From Planctomycetaceae bacterium (GTDB lineage Bacteria > Planctomycetota > Planctomycetia > Planctomycetales > Planctomycetaceae): a stretch of DNA of 64,000 nt. The notes under the pieces are model-generated. The model saw only the letters and a list, made by a program, of their open reading frames with translations. It was not told the origin of the DNA and did no database searches. Positions within the stretch are counted from its first letter, which is position 1, and the number at the start of each line of letters is the position of its first letter. Both the position numbers and the translations under genes were made by a program. Where the stretch lies: NCBI GenBank assembly GCA_021732995.1, contig JAKFWA010000068.1, positions 115,099 through 179,098 of the forward strand, written 5' to 3'. This document shows, in pieces, positions 48,627 to 59,254 of this stretch.

Positions 48627-49982
48627 ATGGCTCCGATGCAGTCTCGGACTTTAATGCTCGACCCCGCTCAAGTAGGCGGCGATGTCGATGACCACGAGTT
48701 GCAGTATCAGCGATTCAAGGTCCACATTCATGAACGGCTGGTCGATTCACTCGACCTGTCGATGCTCGCGCACGTTCCCCAGAAAGAGTTGGAGGTCGAA
48801 GTCCGGCAATTGGCGACCGAGCTGATTGCTGAGGAATCTCGCTCCAAGAAGCTCACGGGTAACGACAAGGAACGTCTGCTCGACGAAATCTTCGACGAAG
48901 TCTTCGGCTTGGGCCCCCTCGAGCCGTTGATGCGTGACGACTCCGTCTGCGACATCCTGGTCAACAACCCGTTTGAGGTGTACGTCGAGCGACACGGCCG
49001 CCTGGAACCTACGTCTGTGATGTTTGCTGACCAGGCACATCTGCTGCGCATCATTCAGCGGATCGTGTCCCGCGTCGGCCGCCGGATCGACGAAGTCAGC
49101 CCGCTGGTTGACGCTCGTCTGCCGGACGGTTCACGTATCAATGCGGTCATTCCGCCGCTGGCTCTCGATGGCCCAACGCTGTCTATTCGTCGCTTCGGCC
49201 GCAAGCCGCTGCAGATCGAGGACCTGCTGGACGTCGGCTCGATCCACGGCGACGTGGTGGAGTTCCTCGCTGCGGCCATCGATGCTCGCATCAGCTTTCT
49301 GGTTTCCGGTGGAACTGGTGCCGGCAAGACCACGATGCTCAATGCGCTGGCGAAGTTCATTCCGACCGATGAACGTATCGTGACAGTCGAGGACTCGGCT
49401 GAATTACAGTTGCAACACAAGCACGTGGTCCGCATGGAAACGCGTCCGCCGAACAACGAAGGTGCGGGTGAAATCACTCCACGTTCGCTGGTTCGTAACA
49501 GCTTGCGTATGCGTCCTGACCGGATCGTCATCGGCGAAGTGCGCGGGGGCGAGGCCCTCGACATGCTGCAAGCCATGAACACCGGCCACGAAGGCTCGCT
49601 GACAACGATTCACGCCAACGATTCACGCGATGCATTGGCCCGACTGGAATTGATGGTCGCCATGAGTGGTTTTGACCTGCCGATTCCGGTCGTGCGCCAA
49701 TACATCGCTTCGGGAATCGCCCTGATCGTGCATCTGGCGCGACTCAAGGGTGGTGTCCGCCGTGTGATGCAGGTCTCGGAGATCATTGGCGTCAAAGAAG
49801 GTGGCTTCCATATCGAAGACATCTTCGGGTTTGAACAGACCGGCGTGGATGAACTCGGCGTCGCTCAGGGCGAGTTCTTCTTCACGGGTTATCGACCGGT
49901 ATGTCTGGGCCGACTGCGGGCCGCTGGCATCCGCCTGCCGGATGAGATCTTCGACAAGCGTCGTATTCCGATCAAAGCTTAG
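48627..49982 (+). CDS. cpaF: CpaF/TadA-type pilus assembly ATPase
   Basis: Walker [45 protein letters not shown] region. The start is ambiguous: TTG at 48606 or ATG at 48627. Confidence 0.9.
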   Translation: MAPMQSRTLMLDPAQVGGDVDDHELQYQRFKVHIHERLVDSLDLSMLAHVPQKELEVEVRQLATELIAEESRSKKLTGNDKERLLDEIFDEVFGLGPLEPLMRDDSVCDILVNNPFEVYVERHGRLEPTSVMFADQAHLLRIIQRIVSRVGRRIDEVSPLVDARLPDGSRINAVIPPLALDGPTLSIRRFGRKPLQIEDLLDVGSIHGDVVEFLAAAIDARISFLVSGGTGAGKTTMLNALAKFIPTDERIVTVEDSAELQLQHKHVVRMETRPPNNEGAGEITPRSLVRNSLRMRPDRIVIGEVRGGEALDMLQAMNTGHEGSLTTIHANDSRDALARLELMVAMSGFDLPIPVVRQYIASGIALIVHLARLKGGVRRVMQVSEIIGVKEGGFHIEDIFGFEQTGVDELGVAQGEFFFTGYRPVCLGRLRAAGIRLPDEIFDKRRIPIKA

Positions 49983-50082
49983 CGTGCAGCCAAATACTTC
50001 TTGAGAACGGTCTGAGGTTAAATCAACGTTCTCACGAGGTCGCATCGCGGACCGTCATTGAGCCGCGATCACCATCGCCAGG

Positions 50083-51045
50083 ATGAGCGATGAGGTTTTT
50101 CAAAAGGAGACGTTGAAGACAAGGTTTCTGTTCATGGGTAGCTCGCAGTTAGTGCTCCTGGCCTTCGGATCCGGCACGTTGGTGGCCGGCGCAGGAGCCT
50201 GGTTCATCCGAGCACTCGTGTTTCCGCCACCGTCGCGACGAATTCGTCGTGCGCCGGATGTCTTCGATGAGAACCCCGCGCGTGGTTTAGGCGGGAAGAT
50301 CGACCAGGAATTCAATCGTCTGGCGATCGAGAGTGGCTTGGGAATTCTGCCAGTCACGATGTTCATGCTGCTGCTCTGCACGACGTTGATCGGCGGCGGT
50401 GTCGTGTGGTTCGTCCAGGAAGAGCCCCTGCTGTCAGTCAGCGGCGCCCTGGCTGGATTCCTGATTCCGTTGTGCTTTATCGCTGCCAAGCGGTTGCTGC
50501 GTTTGCATACCGTTCGCACCGAACTGCCGCACGTGCTGGACATGCTGGCTCGAGCCACTCGCGCGGGCCGCAGCATCGATCAGGCGATCGACTTGATCGC
50601 TCACGAAGCAGGCGGCATCCTCGGAGAAGAGTTCACCCTGTGTTCTCAGCAACTCGGCATGGGCCGTTCGTTTGAACGCGTCATGAAGACACTGGCCACT
50701 CGCGTACGACTCGTTGAGATGCGCATTCTTTCCACGACTCTGATCGTGCAAAAGCAGTCGGGCGGCAAATTGTCTGAGACCCTGGAACGCATGGCGTCGG
50801 TCGTGCGCGACCGCCTGTCTTCGCGTCGCCAGATTCAGGCGGCAACGGGTGCTGGTCGTGCTTCGACCTTAATCATCGCAACGGTATCTCCGCTGGCATA
50901 TGCCTTTGTTTGGGCGTTTCATCGTCAGCACCTGCAGGTCATGTTGAATGAGCCTGTCGGCCGCGCGATGCTGCTGGTGGCTCTGGTGCTGGAAGTGATC
51001 GGGCTCTTCTGGGTCCTCTACTTATTGAGGACAGAGAGCCAATGA
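50083..51045 (+). CDS. tadB: TadB-like type II secretion system F-family inner-membrane protein
   Basis: 320-aa membrane protein with a T2SSF-like layout. Confidence 0.75.
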   Translation: MSDEVFQKETLKTRFLFMGSSQLVLLAFGSGTLVAGAGAWFIRALVFPPPSRRIRRAPDVFDENPARGLGGKIDQEFNRLAIESGLGILPVTMFMLLLCTTLIGGGVVWFVQEEPLLSVSGALAGFLIPLCFIAAKRLLRLHTVRTELPHVLDMLARATRAGRSIDQAIDLIAHEAGGILGEEFTLCSQQLGMGRSFERVMKTLATRVRLVEMRILSTTLIVQKQSGGKLSETLERMASVVRDRLSSRRQIQAATGAGRASTLIIATVSPLAYAFVWAFHRQHLQVMLNEPVGRAMLLVALVLEVIGLFWVLYLLRTESQ

Positions 51046-52004
51046 ACAACAGCACGATCATCATCTCGACATTTGCCGGGCTGGTCATTTTGGTCTACAT
51101 GCTGGGCATGGCGATCATCAATGCCCGTCGTCGCGTGCACAACATCAACGACGTCGAACGCCAATTGCGTAATAAGCATAACAGTACGCTTCGTCGCTGG
51201 CTGGCGGATGCGATTCCGCAGCCGCAAGGCGAAATGGAGCGACTGGAGCAGGACCTCAAACGCGCGGGCTTCTATGGTTCGAACTCGGTCATCGAATTCC
51301 GCAGCATCCGCAACCTGCTCGTGATGGTGGTGATTTTCGTCGGAGTCGGAGCGGCCATCGCCGCGAAGCCCGGCAGCGACTTGCCTCGATCCATCCTGCT
51401 GGTCACGGCAATCACAACCGTGGCCGCATATGTGGCGCCACGCCTGGTGCTACACCTGCAGGCTATGAAGCGACTGGACAGCATCCAGCGGGGATTGCCC
51501 GATGCGCTGGACATCATCCGCATGTGTCTGACCGGTGGTTTGCCGTTGCGTGATTGTCTGGTGCGAGTCTCCCGCGAAGTCGAGTTCTTCCATCCCGATG
51601 TAGCGATCGAACTCGAAGTGGTGCGTCGTCATGCGGAAATCGACACGATGGCCAAAGCGCTGCGCGAGTTCTCACGCCGCATGAACGCTCCAGACGTGAA
51701 TGCTCTGGCGTCGCTGGTTTCGCAGAGCGAGCGCACCGGTACCAACGTCGCCGTGGCGGTGACCGAGTTCGCGGACAGTATTCGTCAGCAGTTCCGCCAA
51801 CGAGCGGAAGAGCGTGCCAACAAGACCAGTATTCGCATGCTGTTCCCGGTCATTCTATGCCTGGCACCGCCGATCTTCATCCTGCTGCTGGGGCCTCCAG
51901 CCCTGCAACTGCGCACGTTCCTCAACGCCGCCCGTAACCCCGGCGGCATCATGGACACGGCCACCTACAGCGACCGCATCTCAGATCGCTTGTCGAATCG
52001 CTAG
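51042..52004 (+). CDS. tadC: TadC-like type II secretion system F-family inner-membrane protein
   Basis: 4-bp ATGA overlap with tadB. 320-aa membrane protein. Confidence 0.75.
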   Translation: MNNSTIIISTFAGLVILVYMLGMAIINARRRVHNINDVERQLRNKHNSTLRRWLADAIPQPQGEMERLEQDLKRAGFYGSNSVIEFRSIRNLLVMVVIFVGVGAAIAAKPGSDLPRSILLVTAITTVAAYVAPRLVLHLQAMKRLDSIQRGLPDALDIIRMCLTGGLPLRDCLVRVSREVEFFHPDVAIELEVVRRHAEIDTMAKALREFSRRMNAPDVNALASLVSQSERTGTNVAVAVTEFADSIRQQFRQRAEERANKTSIRMLFPVILCLAPPIFILLLGPPALQLRTFLNAARNPGGIMDTATYSDRISDRLSNR

Positions 52005-52243
52005 AGCTGACTCGCTACAGCGTGAGAGCATCCTGCTGCCTGGGGCATTCCATTGTCGCAGCGGAACCGCTCGGTGAACCTGACCTCGCGATCAAACCGA
52101 GCCGCAGTCAATCACTCTGCGTCAGAAGCGAGTTACCCCTGACGCTTCGTGATGACAACCTTCCAGCGCTTCATTTTGATACCTGACGACAAATCGTCCT
52201 CCGCAGCGTGTGATTGTCGTGTGGATTGCTCTGCCAGCCACGG

Positions 52244-52999
52244 TCACCCGAGTAGTGGCCAATGCCCACCACCATCAATGTGTTTGATCATTCTATCACA
52301 TTTGAGGCGGACGCTATCAGTAATTGGTGATCGATGTCCTGGGCAAAGGGTATCAATTTCGAACGTCAGGCAACGCCGCATCGAATCCCGAGCCCGATTG
52401 ACGTCCGGAGTCACTGCGCGAGCCATGAAATGGACGTCGTTATGAACTACGGCAAGTGCGTCACCCGCAAACAGAACTCGCTCTGGTTTGTAATAGAAAC
52501 TCAGGTGCCCTGGGGTGTGCCCCGGCGTTTCGATGACCTCAAAATACTCGTCGATGAGACCTCCATCTGACACGATCTGCGGATTGAGTATCGCGCGAGG
52601 GGTTGCTTCGCCAAGCAGCCCTTTGAACAGAACCAGCACGCCCCATTCGGGAATGAGTTCGCTGATCTTGCCAGACATACCTTTTCGGGCAGTCTGGCGT
52701 GTCAGTTGTGGCACATCGTTGGTGTGACAATAAGCCGGAACATCCAGCTTGTCCTGCACGGCGCGAGCTCCGGCGGCATGATCATTGTGCCAATGCGTCA
52801 ACAAGATGGAACGGACCTCATCCGGCCGTGCGCACATGGCATCGAGTCCTCGATAAATGTCTGCGCCCGACGAATCCATACCCGCATCAACCAGCACGAC
52901 ACCGCGCGGCGTGCGGACGAGGTAAGAGCACGTCAGATACGAAGGTCTGCGGATGCACCAGACGTTCTCGGTGACGGCAAATACTTGCACTCCGATCAT
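52244..52999 (-). CDS. MBL-fold metallo-hydrolase
   Basis: LTHWHNDHAAGA (HxHxDH) motif. Confidence 0.85.
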   Translation of the reverse strand: MIGVQVFAVTENVWCIRRPSYLTCSYLVRTPRGVVLVDAGMDSSGADIYRGLDAMCARPDEVRSILLTHWHNDHAAGARAVQDKLDVPAYCHTNDVPQLTRQTARKGMSGKISELIPEWGVLVLFKGLLGEATPRAILNPQIVSDGGLIDEYFEVIETPGHTPGHLSFYYKPERVLFAGDALAVVHNDVHFMARAVTPDVNRARDSMRRCLTFEIDTLCPGHRSPITDSVRLKCDRMIKHIDGGGHWPLLG

Positions 53000-53098
53000 T
53001 TTCGATCTGCTGCTCTTCGTGCGGACACAGGCGCGTGTTTTCCATTTCTTATCGTTACCAAGCTCCGGCCTGGTAAACCGTGAAGCAAATCAACCGAC

Positions 53099-53938
53099 TC
53101 AACCCTCTTTCAAATCATCGAGAAACATCCGCCGGGTTTCACACGCTTCATTCGCCTGCCAGATCATCCCTGAATCGACATCAAGGCAGGTGAGCCAACC
53201 GCGACCGCACGCCCAAGTATCGATGCACACCGCGTGTCCATGATTCAGTGGCAGTCCCGATCTTTGCGAGGTGTGTCCGCAGACCATGATTTTCCCGGAT
53301 TCATGAATCGCCGGAAACTGAAACGGCTCCCAATACAGCATGAAATCGGGTTGGTCATCAATGGCCATGTTCGGATAGGCGTTGGCATGCACGAAGAAGT
53401 GTCGGTCGGTCTCGCAGGACGCGCGCAGGTTGTTCTCAAGGAAGTCCCAGTGCTCGTCGGGGATGTCGCTGATTCGCCCATTGCCGCCTTCAAACGGTGC
53501 ATAAGACTCCAGCGTCTGCCGTCCGCCAACATCCAACCAGATCTTGTAGGCGTCGGCGTTTTCGCGTGCGTTGAGCATCATGATCTCATGATTGCCGCGC
53601 AGCGCGATGAGCTGTCCTCCAGCATGCTGCCGGATCAACCACTCCAGAACAGCCTTCGTATCTGGGCCGCGATTGACGTAGTCGCCGAGCGTTATCAGGG
53701 TGTCGTTCGAGTTGATACCAATGAAATCGACCAGCGTGCGAAGCGCATTGAAACAACCGTGAATGTCGCCAACCGCCAGATGTCGCGCCAATTTCTGCTC
53801 TCCCGCCATCGAAAACAGCAAACTTCCTGAGAACCAGGCGCAATTGGCCTTCATCTCTCGGAGCCATGACTTTCGCAGATCAAGGATTGGTTTCGCCAGT
53901 GCCACAACGGAACGCAGTTGAGTATCAGCCAGCAGCAA
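53099..53938 (-). CDS. PPP-family metallophosphoesterase (ApaH/PrpA-like Ser/Thr phosphatase)
   Basis: GDIHG, GDYVNRGPD and GNHE motifs. Confidence 0.85.
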   Translation of the reverse strand: MLLADTQLRSVVALAKPILDLRKSWLREMKANCAWFSGSLLFSMAGEQKLARHLAVGDIHGCFNALRTLVDFIGINSNDTLITLGDYVNRGPDTKAVLEWLIRQHAGGQLIALRGNHEIMMLNARENADAYKIWLDVGGRQTLESYAPFEGGNGRISDIPDEHWDFLENNLRASCETDRHFFVHANAYPNMAIDDQPDFMLYWEPFQFPAIHESGKIMVCGHTSQRSGLPLNHGHAVCIDTWACGRGWLTCLDVDSGMIWQANEACETRRMFLDDLKEG

Positions 53939-54072
53939 CCTGCGCGAGGTTCACCACACTCGATGCGAATCGTGTCGCGGCGGGGTGCTTGCTATGCTGC
54001 ATCGGTTCGGTGCCGGCCTATCCCGTCACGGCATCTGATTGCCTGATCCTTCTTCTCGCTGGGGAGTGTCAC

Positions 54073-54819
54073 ATGATCAAGAGCATTGCCATCAAGTCCG
54101 CCTTGGTTGCAGCCGTGATGGGCGCAAGCCTGTCGGTTGCTCAGGACACAACGCCGAGCCGCTCGAGTTCGGTATCGGAACGGGGCGGTTTTCCTGTTTT
54201 CGTCCCGTCGCCGCCAACGACGACTCTGTTGCGTACGCCCGAAGTGAAGACCGAACTGAAGCTCGAAGAGTCTCAGACGAAGAAGCTGGACGAGATCAAC
54301 TCCGAGGCCAGTCGGGAACGTGCGAAGCTGACCGAGGAGTACAACGCCAAGCTGCGGGAGCTCAACAAGAAGACCGAGAGCAACACGCTGGCGACACTCA
54401 ATGACGCCCAGCGCCGGCGAGCCGAGCAACTCCAATTACAACAGCAGGGCATTCGCGCGCTGAGCACCAATGAGGTTGCCGAGAAGCTCGCGCTGACTCA
54501 GGAGCAGCGGGCGGAGATCTCCAAGCTGACGCAGCGCGGGTCAAGCTTCGGCGGTCCGCGCGACCGGTCCACGACTGCTGGCAATCCCAACGCGTCTGGA
54601 GCTGACCGATTCCAGCAGGCGATTGATGAAGCCGCGAAGCGAGCGGCCGAGACTCGCGACAAGGTCATGGCTGTTCTGACCGCCGAACAGAAAGCCAAAT
54701 GGACCGAGATGACCGGCGAGACGTTCAAGTTCCCGACACGCTCACGATCATCCACACGCGGCCCCGGTAATTCGTCGCCGCAGCCAGCCAGACCAGACGC
54801 AGAAAAACGAGATCAATAA
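54073..54819 (+). CDS. Secreted coiled-coil protein, hypothetical
   Basis: Start trimmed to MIKSIAIKSALVAAVMGASLSVAQD, a signal peptide. Confidence 0.5.
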   Translation: MIKSIAIKSALVAAVMGASLSVAQDTTPSRSSSVSERGGFPVFVPSPPTTTLLRTPEVKTELKLEESQTKKLDEINSEASRERAKLTEEYNAKLRELNKKTESNTLATLNDAQRRRAEQLQLQQQGIRALSTNEVAEKLALTQEQRAEISKLTQRGSSFGGPRDRSTTAGNPNASGADRFQQAIDEAAKRAAETRDKVMAVLTAEQKAKWTEMTGETFKFPTRSRSSTRGPGNSSPQPARPDAEKRDQ

Positions 54820-54833
54820 CCGCTGGAACGGCT

Positions 54834-55553
54834 ATGCCACTGTCAGGCCATCATCAACCTGCCGAACCGACCGGCAAGCCTGCGAATGGTTATCAGCCCA
54901 CACTGATAGCGATCAGTATGGTCGTCTTTGGATGCACAGGCTTGTCTGGAGTGGGGGATGTCTCCTGGCTGTTCATGCGCCTGTTGCTCACCATGGTGTG
55001 GCTGGGCTCGGTTGGCATCGGGGCGCTGTTGCTCATTTCTCAAGCCAATTCCTGGCGACGGAGCCGTAGCGCGCCGGGGCTAGAACCATTCGGGTCCCAC
55101 TCAGCCGATCATGGGTCTGGCGGACAGACCAGAGAACGTTGGAATGGCCACGTGTCAACACGTTTGGCGATCGGCCTGATTCTCGTTGGAGGCATCGGCT
55201 TATTCGAGGGGCGGTATTTACCCTGGAGGTTAGTAGGCCAGTTGCTCACCACGGTGTCGCTCGGCTCCATTGGACTCGGGGCATGGACCTTCATTTCTCG
55301 AGCCCTTTCCTCTGTGCAGATCCGTCGCATGGGCACGCTGGAGCGAATGCTCATGGGTGCCGTAATGGGCGGATTCGCGGCCTTTTTTTGCACAGCCGTG
55401 TACCTCGATTCCGGGCCTTCGAGCGGCTCAACGGCCGAAGACTCGATGGCGAAATCTTATTTTCTGCTTTTCGCCATTCCGTTTATCTTTTTTCCCAGTG
55501 GAATTGTCGGCGCATTGGTGATGTTAAGCATCGGGCGAGAGCATGATGATTAG
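54834..55553 (+). CDS. Polytopic membrane protein, hypothetical
   Basis: Multiple hydrophobic segments. Confidence 0.5.
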   Translation: MPLSGHHQPAEPTGKPANGYQPTLIAISMVVFGCTGLSGVGDVSWLFMRLLLTMVWLGSVGIGALLLISQANSWRRSRSAPGLEPFGSHSADHGSGGQTRERWNGHVSTRLAIGLILVGGIGLFEGRYLPWRLVGQLLTTVSLGSIGLGAWTFISRALSSVQIRRMGTLERMLMGAVMGGFAAFFCTAVYLDSGPSSGSTAEDSMAKSYFLLFAIPFIFFPSGIVGALVMLSIGREHDD

Positions 55554-55625
55554 CCTGCGAAGTAGTTTTGCCCGCGTGCTGAGCGGCGAGGCGCAATTAC
55601 CCGCCGCTAGCGCGTTGCGGCTTAC

Positions 55626-56051
55626 TCAACTGTCTGTTGGATTTGTATCAACAGGACCGACCCAGAAGTGGGGGTTATACGCAATTTCCCAGAGGTGGCC
55701 ATCCGGGTCCTGGAAGTAGCCGCAGTAACCGCCCCAGAAGACTTTTTGCGGACGCTTGGTTGCCGTAGCTCCTGCGGCAATCGCTTGAGCGAACACGGCA
55801 TCGACCTCGGCTTCCGACGCGACGTTGTGGGACAGCGAGAAGCCTTTGAAGCCCGTGCCTTCGTGGGAAACGTGAGCGTCCTCGGCCAGCGAAATTCGCG
55901 AGAACAGGCCCAGCCACGTGCCATTCAAGGTGAAGAAGGCGACTTCGGGCGGCGAGTCCATGCGGGGAAAGCCCAGCCCGACCTCGTAGAAGTGAATGGA
56001 CTTGGCGAGGTCGTTGACTCCCAACGTGATCATACTGATGCGCGGCTGCAT
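55626..56051 (-). CDS. VOC-family (glyoxalase/bleomycin-resistance) protein
   Basis: Start taken at MQPRISMITLGVNDLAKSIHFYEVGLGF. Confidence 0.75.
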   Translation of the reverse strand: MQPRISMITLGVNDLAKSIHFYEVGLGFPRMDSPPEVAFFTLNGTWLGLFSRISLAEDAHVSHEGTGFKGFSLSHNVASEAEVDAVFAQAIAAGATATKRPQKVFWGGYCGYFQDPDGHLWEIAYNPHFWVGPVDTNPTDS

Positions 56052-56433
56052 GTTCGTTCTCCTGGTCAAAATCGGAATGTCGTTGATACCACAACGCAGC
56101 GACCAACGAGCAGGCCAGAAGAGGAACGCACACACGACCTCTCCTGAGCGCACCAGTTGCGCTGGACGTAGGTCGCGGGTTTGGCCGAGCCAAACAGAGT
56201 TCCCGGCAAAGGAACGGGCGGACTAACCATACCGCCCCCTCTTTTTCGACAAACGAAAACTAATGACGCCGTGCGAGGTGGTCAATTCGCCCAGAGAGAT
56301 CCGAGTCACCAGGGAATTGCGGCTCGGAGGAGATACGGGAGTGCCGCTCAGTAAACACTCTCATTCGAGGCACATTGAAAACGAGCCCACGTTGTTCAAG
56401 AGGTTGTTAATTGCCGCACACGCATTCGGTTCG

Positions 56434-57417
56434 TCAATGACTGGCGGCGATGGCTGTCGTTGCGGGACCGTCGAGGCTCTCGGGATCATGGCCCAGGCGG
56501 CAGATACCCCAGCCGGATGTGCAGAATCTAAAGCGGCAGGTCCCGGTTGTGGCGTCGAAGCCTTCGGCGTACATGGCGTGAGCTCCACAACCGTAGACGA
56601 TCACGGTGCCCTCCTGCTGATGGATCTCGACCGGGCCGGGACTGGCAGGACCTAAGATGATACTGCGGCGAGCAGCCCAGATCGTGGCTTCCCAGAGACT
56701 CCGACCGGTTCTGGAACCCACGCAGACCATGCGAAAGGGGACACCCGCAATCGAGGGCCGGGCGATGAACGACAACTTGTCTCCAGACAATGCGACTGCC
56801 GGAGTATCACTGAAACTGTCGCCCTCGGGAAAGAAATGAATCCAGTCCAGCTCCTCTTTGTGAGCCCGGATTGTTTGATCTTCGCCTTCCAGCTTCAGCA
56901 GCACCTCAGTTCCGTCGGTCTCAACGATTGGGCTTTCGGGGAAGAGCAAGCCGGGGATTTCTCCGTACTGGTCGAAGATGTCGATGTGCTTTTCGGGAAT
57001 GGTCTCGCCGTGCTTCAGCAGAGCCGCCCACCAGGCTGGTGGTTCATCCTGCAGACGCTGAGCTGCGACTCGCAAGAATCCCTCAATGGCCGACTGGTCG
57101 AAGACCCAGTCCGGCCGGCCCTCAACGGGCGTGGCTCGCTTGGCGATCTTGCGATGCCGCTCCCACGCCGCCTGCAGGGCAATGCTGGTATCCGCGTCCT
57201 GCTCCAGGTCCTTCAGGCCTGTGGGACCGGCGTCATCAAACAGTCGCTCGTAGGCATCCCGAGTCTTCCATGCACCGAGTTCGCCGCCGTAGAGGTGCCT
57301 GAGAACGTCGGAACGCAACTCCGCAGCGCGTTCCGCTCGCTCGTCGTCCCGGCTGGTGCGAGCTGCGACCAGAGCGGACACCGCCAGAAGTAACAAGCTG
57401 CAAAACAAAAACCGCAT
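56434..57417 (-). CDS. Secreted hypothetical protein
   Basis: Signal peptide MRFLFCSLLLLAVSALVAA. Confidence 0.55.
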   Translation of the reverse strand: MRFLFCSLLLLAVSALVAARTSRDDERAERAAELRSDVLRHLYGGELGAWKTRDAYERLFDDAGPTGLKDLEQDADTSIALQAAWERHRKIAKRATPVEGRPDWVFDQSAIEGFLRVAAQRLQDEPPAWWAALLKHGETIPEKHIDIFDQYGEIPGLLFPESPIVETDGTEVLLKLEGEDQTIRAHKEELDWIHFFPEGDSFSDTPAVALSGDKLSFIARPSIAGVPFRMVCVGSRTGRSLWEATIWAARRSIILGPASPGPVEIHQQEGTVIVYGCGAHAMYAEGFDATTGTCRFRFCTSGWGICRLGHDPESLDGPATTAIAASH

Positions 57418-57838
57418 GAACGTCCCTTTCGGTTACGGCCATCCGGTGTTGAATGTCACCGGGTGACAACCAGAAGCGAGTCGATCAAGCCTGCGTTCTG
57501 CGCGATGCAGATTCCGCAGAGTGCTCACGCGTTAAGCTAACTGCCTTCGAGGTTTTTGCATCAATAACTCTTGATGTCTACACAATTCTGGCCAATTCCA
57601 GCGGAGCGGAACGGTCTGGCGGACTCCCGACTTGGCAGAGAGAAACGGCGGCGGGTGTCTAGGTTGCAGAGTGGCGCGCCGCGAACGAACTAGCGCTCTG
57701 TCACGTCAAGGAATTGGGGTACCACCCAACGCCGTTCAGAGTTTGGGTAAGCTGGTAGCAAAAGTCCCTGGGTGGCACCGGTCGCCATCTTGACGGCTGT
57801 TGGACATCTTCGGTCCTCGGCGTGTGGCCAGCCTTGTG

Positions 57839-57981
57839 GTCGGCACTCTTCGTGTGCCGACATGCCCGCACACGGAGAGTGCGGGCCACACAGGACAACA
57901 TGACCCAGTTTCTGCTCGGCGTTGGGGTGCCACTGGCTCTGCCAGTGCCCAATTTCCGCACTGGCAAAGCCAGTGGCACCC
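57839..57981. repeat. Cluster of four GC hairpins including two tandem inverted copies of the REP-like CACTGGC-NNN-GCCAGTG element
   Basis: Hairpins GTCGGCAC-TCTTCGT-GTGCCGAC (57839-57861) and GCCCGCAC-ACGGAGAG-TGCGGGC (57864-57886). Then GGGTGCCACTGGCTCTGCCAGTGCCCAATT followed by GCACTGGCAAAGCCAGTGGCACCC (57925-57981). Confidence 0.5.
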
Positions 57982-58004
57982 ATGCACTAAGCTGTGACAA
58001 AGCA

Positions 58005-58994
58005 CTACGGCCTCAAATGCGCAACCAGCCAGTCGACGACGCGCCAATCCATCCAGTGCCGGTCGGGGTCCAGGTTGCGGCGACCGATGTAGCCCATGTG
58101 GCCGCCGCTCGGTGCCAGGTAGATGCGGACGGTGGGTGGAGTTTCCAACTGCTTGAAGGACTCACTGGGGATCAATGGGTCATCGCAAGCGCTGAGGATC
58201 AGAGTGGGAACTTCGATCGAGGGGACGAAGAGTTTACCGGAGCAGCTTGAGTAGTAGTCTTGCGCTCCGTCGAATCCAGACACGGGCGCGGTGTAGAGAT
58301 CGTCAAAATCGCGCAGCCGAGTGGGAAACGCGGAGTAACGCGGCCGAGGCGCTTCCGGAAAACGTCGGATGCGTTCAGCAACCTGCTTCGTCAGGAACCC
58401 GATAAAGTGCTTCTGATAGATGCGATTTGAGCGCTGCTCCAGCACCTGGTTGCAAAGCGGCAGATCCAGCGGCGGATTGACGGCGACCGCGCACGCCAGC
58501 TCAGGCGGCAGCAGCGCGCGATGCTGATCTGATCCCAGCATCTTCAGCGTGATGTTGCCGCTCAACGAAAACCCAGCCATGCCGATCAGGGAACCTCGGC
58601 AGTAGCGACGCAGGTAGCTCAACGCTTCGTAAGCGTCTTCGGAACGGCCAGCGTGATACGGCAATTGCGACAGATGCTCACCAGCGCCGCAGCCACGATG
58701 GTCCAGACGAAAGCTACGAATGCCTAAGGCATTGAGCTTGGCGGCGATGCGAACCATGTACGCGCTTTGATGACTTCCCCCGAGGCCGTGCATCAGCAGG
58801 ACGATGGGTGCACCAGGTCCCCAGTCGGCCGGACAATCGTCATGCAGGACAAGAGTATCTCCGTCCGGCAGTGGCAGTTGATGCTGCTGGCCAGTGCGCC
58901 CCGATCCGGCCCCGCGAAGGTAAACTGCGGCGATCGTCTGACGGTGGCCGCCGCCTAATCCGAATGCGGCGCGGAAATCCGGAATCTGGATCAT
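58005..58994 (-). CDS. Alpha/beta-fold hydrolase, YheT-like
   Basis: GFSLSGN nucleophile elbow. Confidence 0.8.
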   Translation of the reverse strand: MIQIPDFRAAFGLGGGHRQTIAAVYLRGAGSGRTGQQHQLPLPDGDTLVLHDDCPADWGPGAPIVLLMHGLGGSHQSAYMVRIAAKLNALGIRSFRLDHRGCGAGEHLSQLPYHAGRSEDAYEALSYLRRYCRGSLIGMAGFSLSGNITLKMLGSDQHRALLPPELACAVAVNPPLDLPLCNQVLEQRSNRIYQKHFIGFLTKQVAERIRRFPEAPRPRYSAFPTRLRDFDDLYTAPVSGFDGAQDYYSSCSGKLFVPSIEVPTLILSACDDPLIPSESFKQLETPPTVRIYLAPSGGHMGYIGRRNLDPDRHWMDWRVVDWLVAHLRP

Positions 58995-59254
58995 GAAAGC
59001 CTGTGTCCATACAGCAGGGCACGGTCAGGAGACCTGCCCCAACAAAAGTTCCTTGACGGCTTCTGTACTCTAGAGAGTGCGGCGTTTCCGGCACATGCCT
59101 TTTTCCACGGCCTGCTGGAACAGCAGACGGGGCCCGGAATCTTCTCTACGAACTGCGTTCTGATTCGTATCATGCGGTGGCCCGCACAGCGTTTTGCCAT
59201 CGCAACTGCCGCGAAGTAACTGTCGCAACAGGCCGGTTGGGCCAGGAGACGTTC

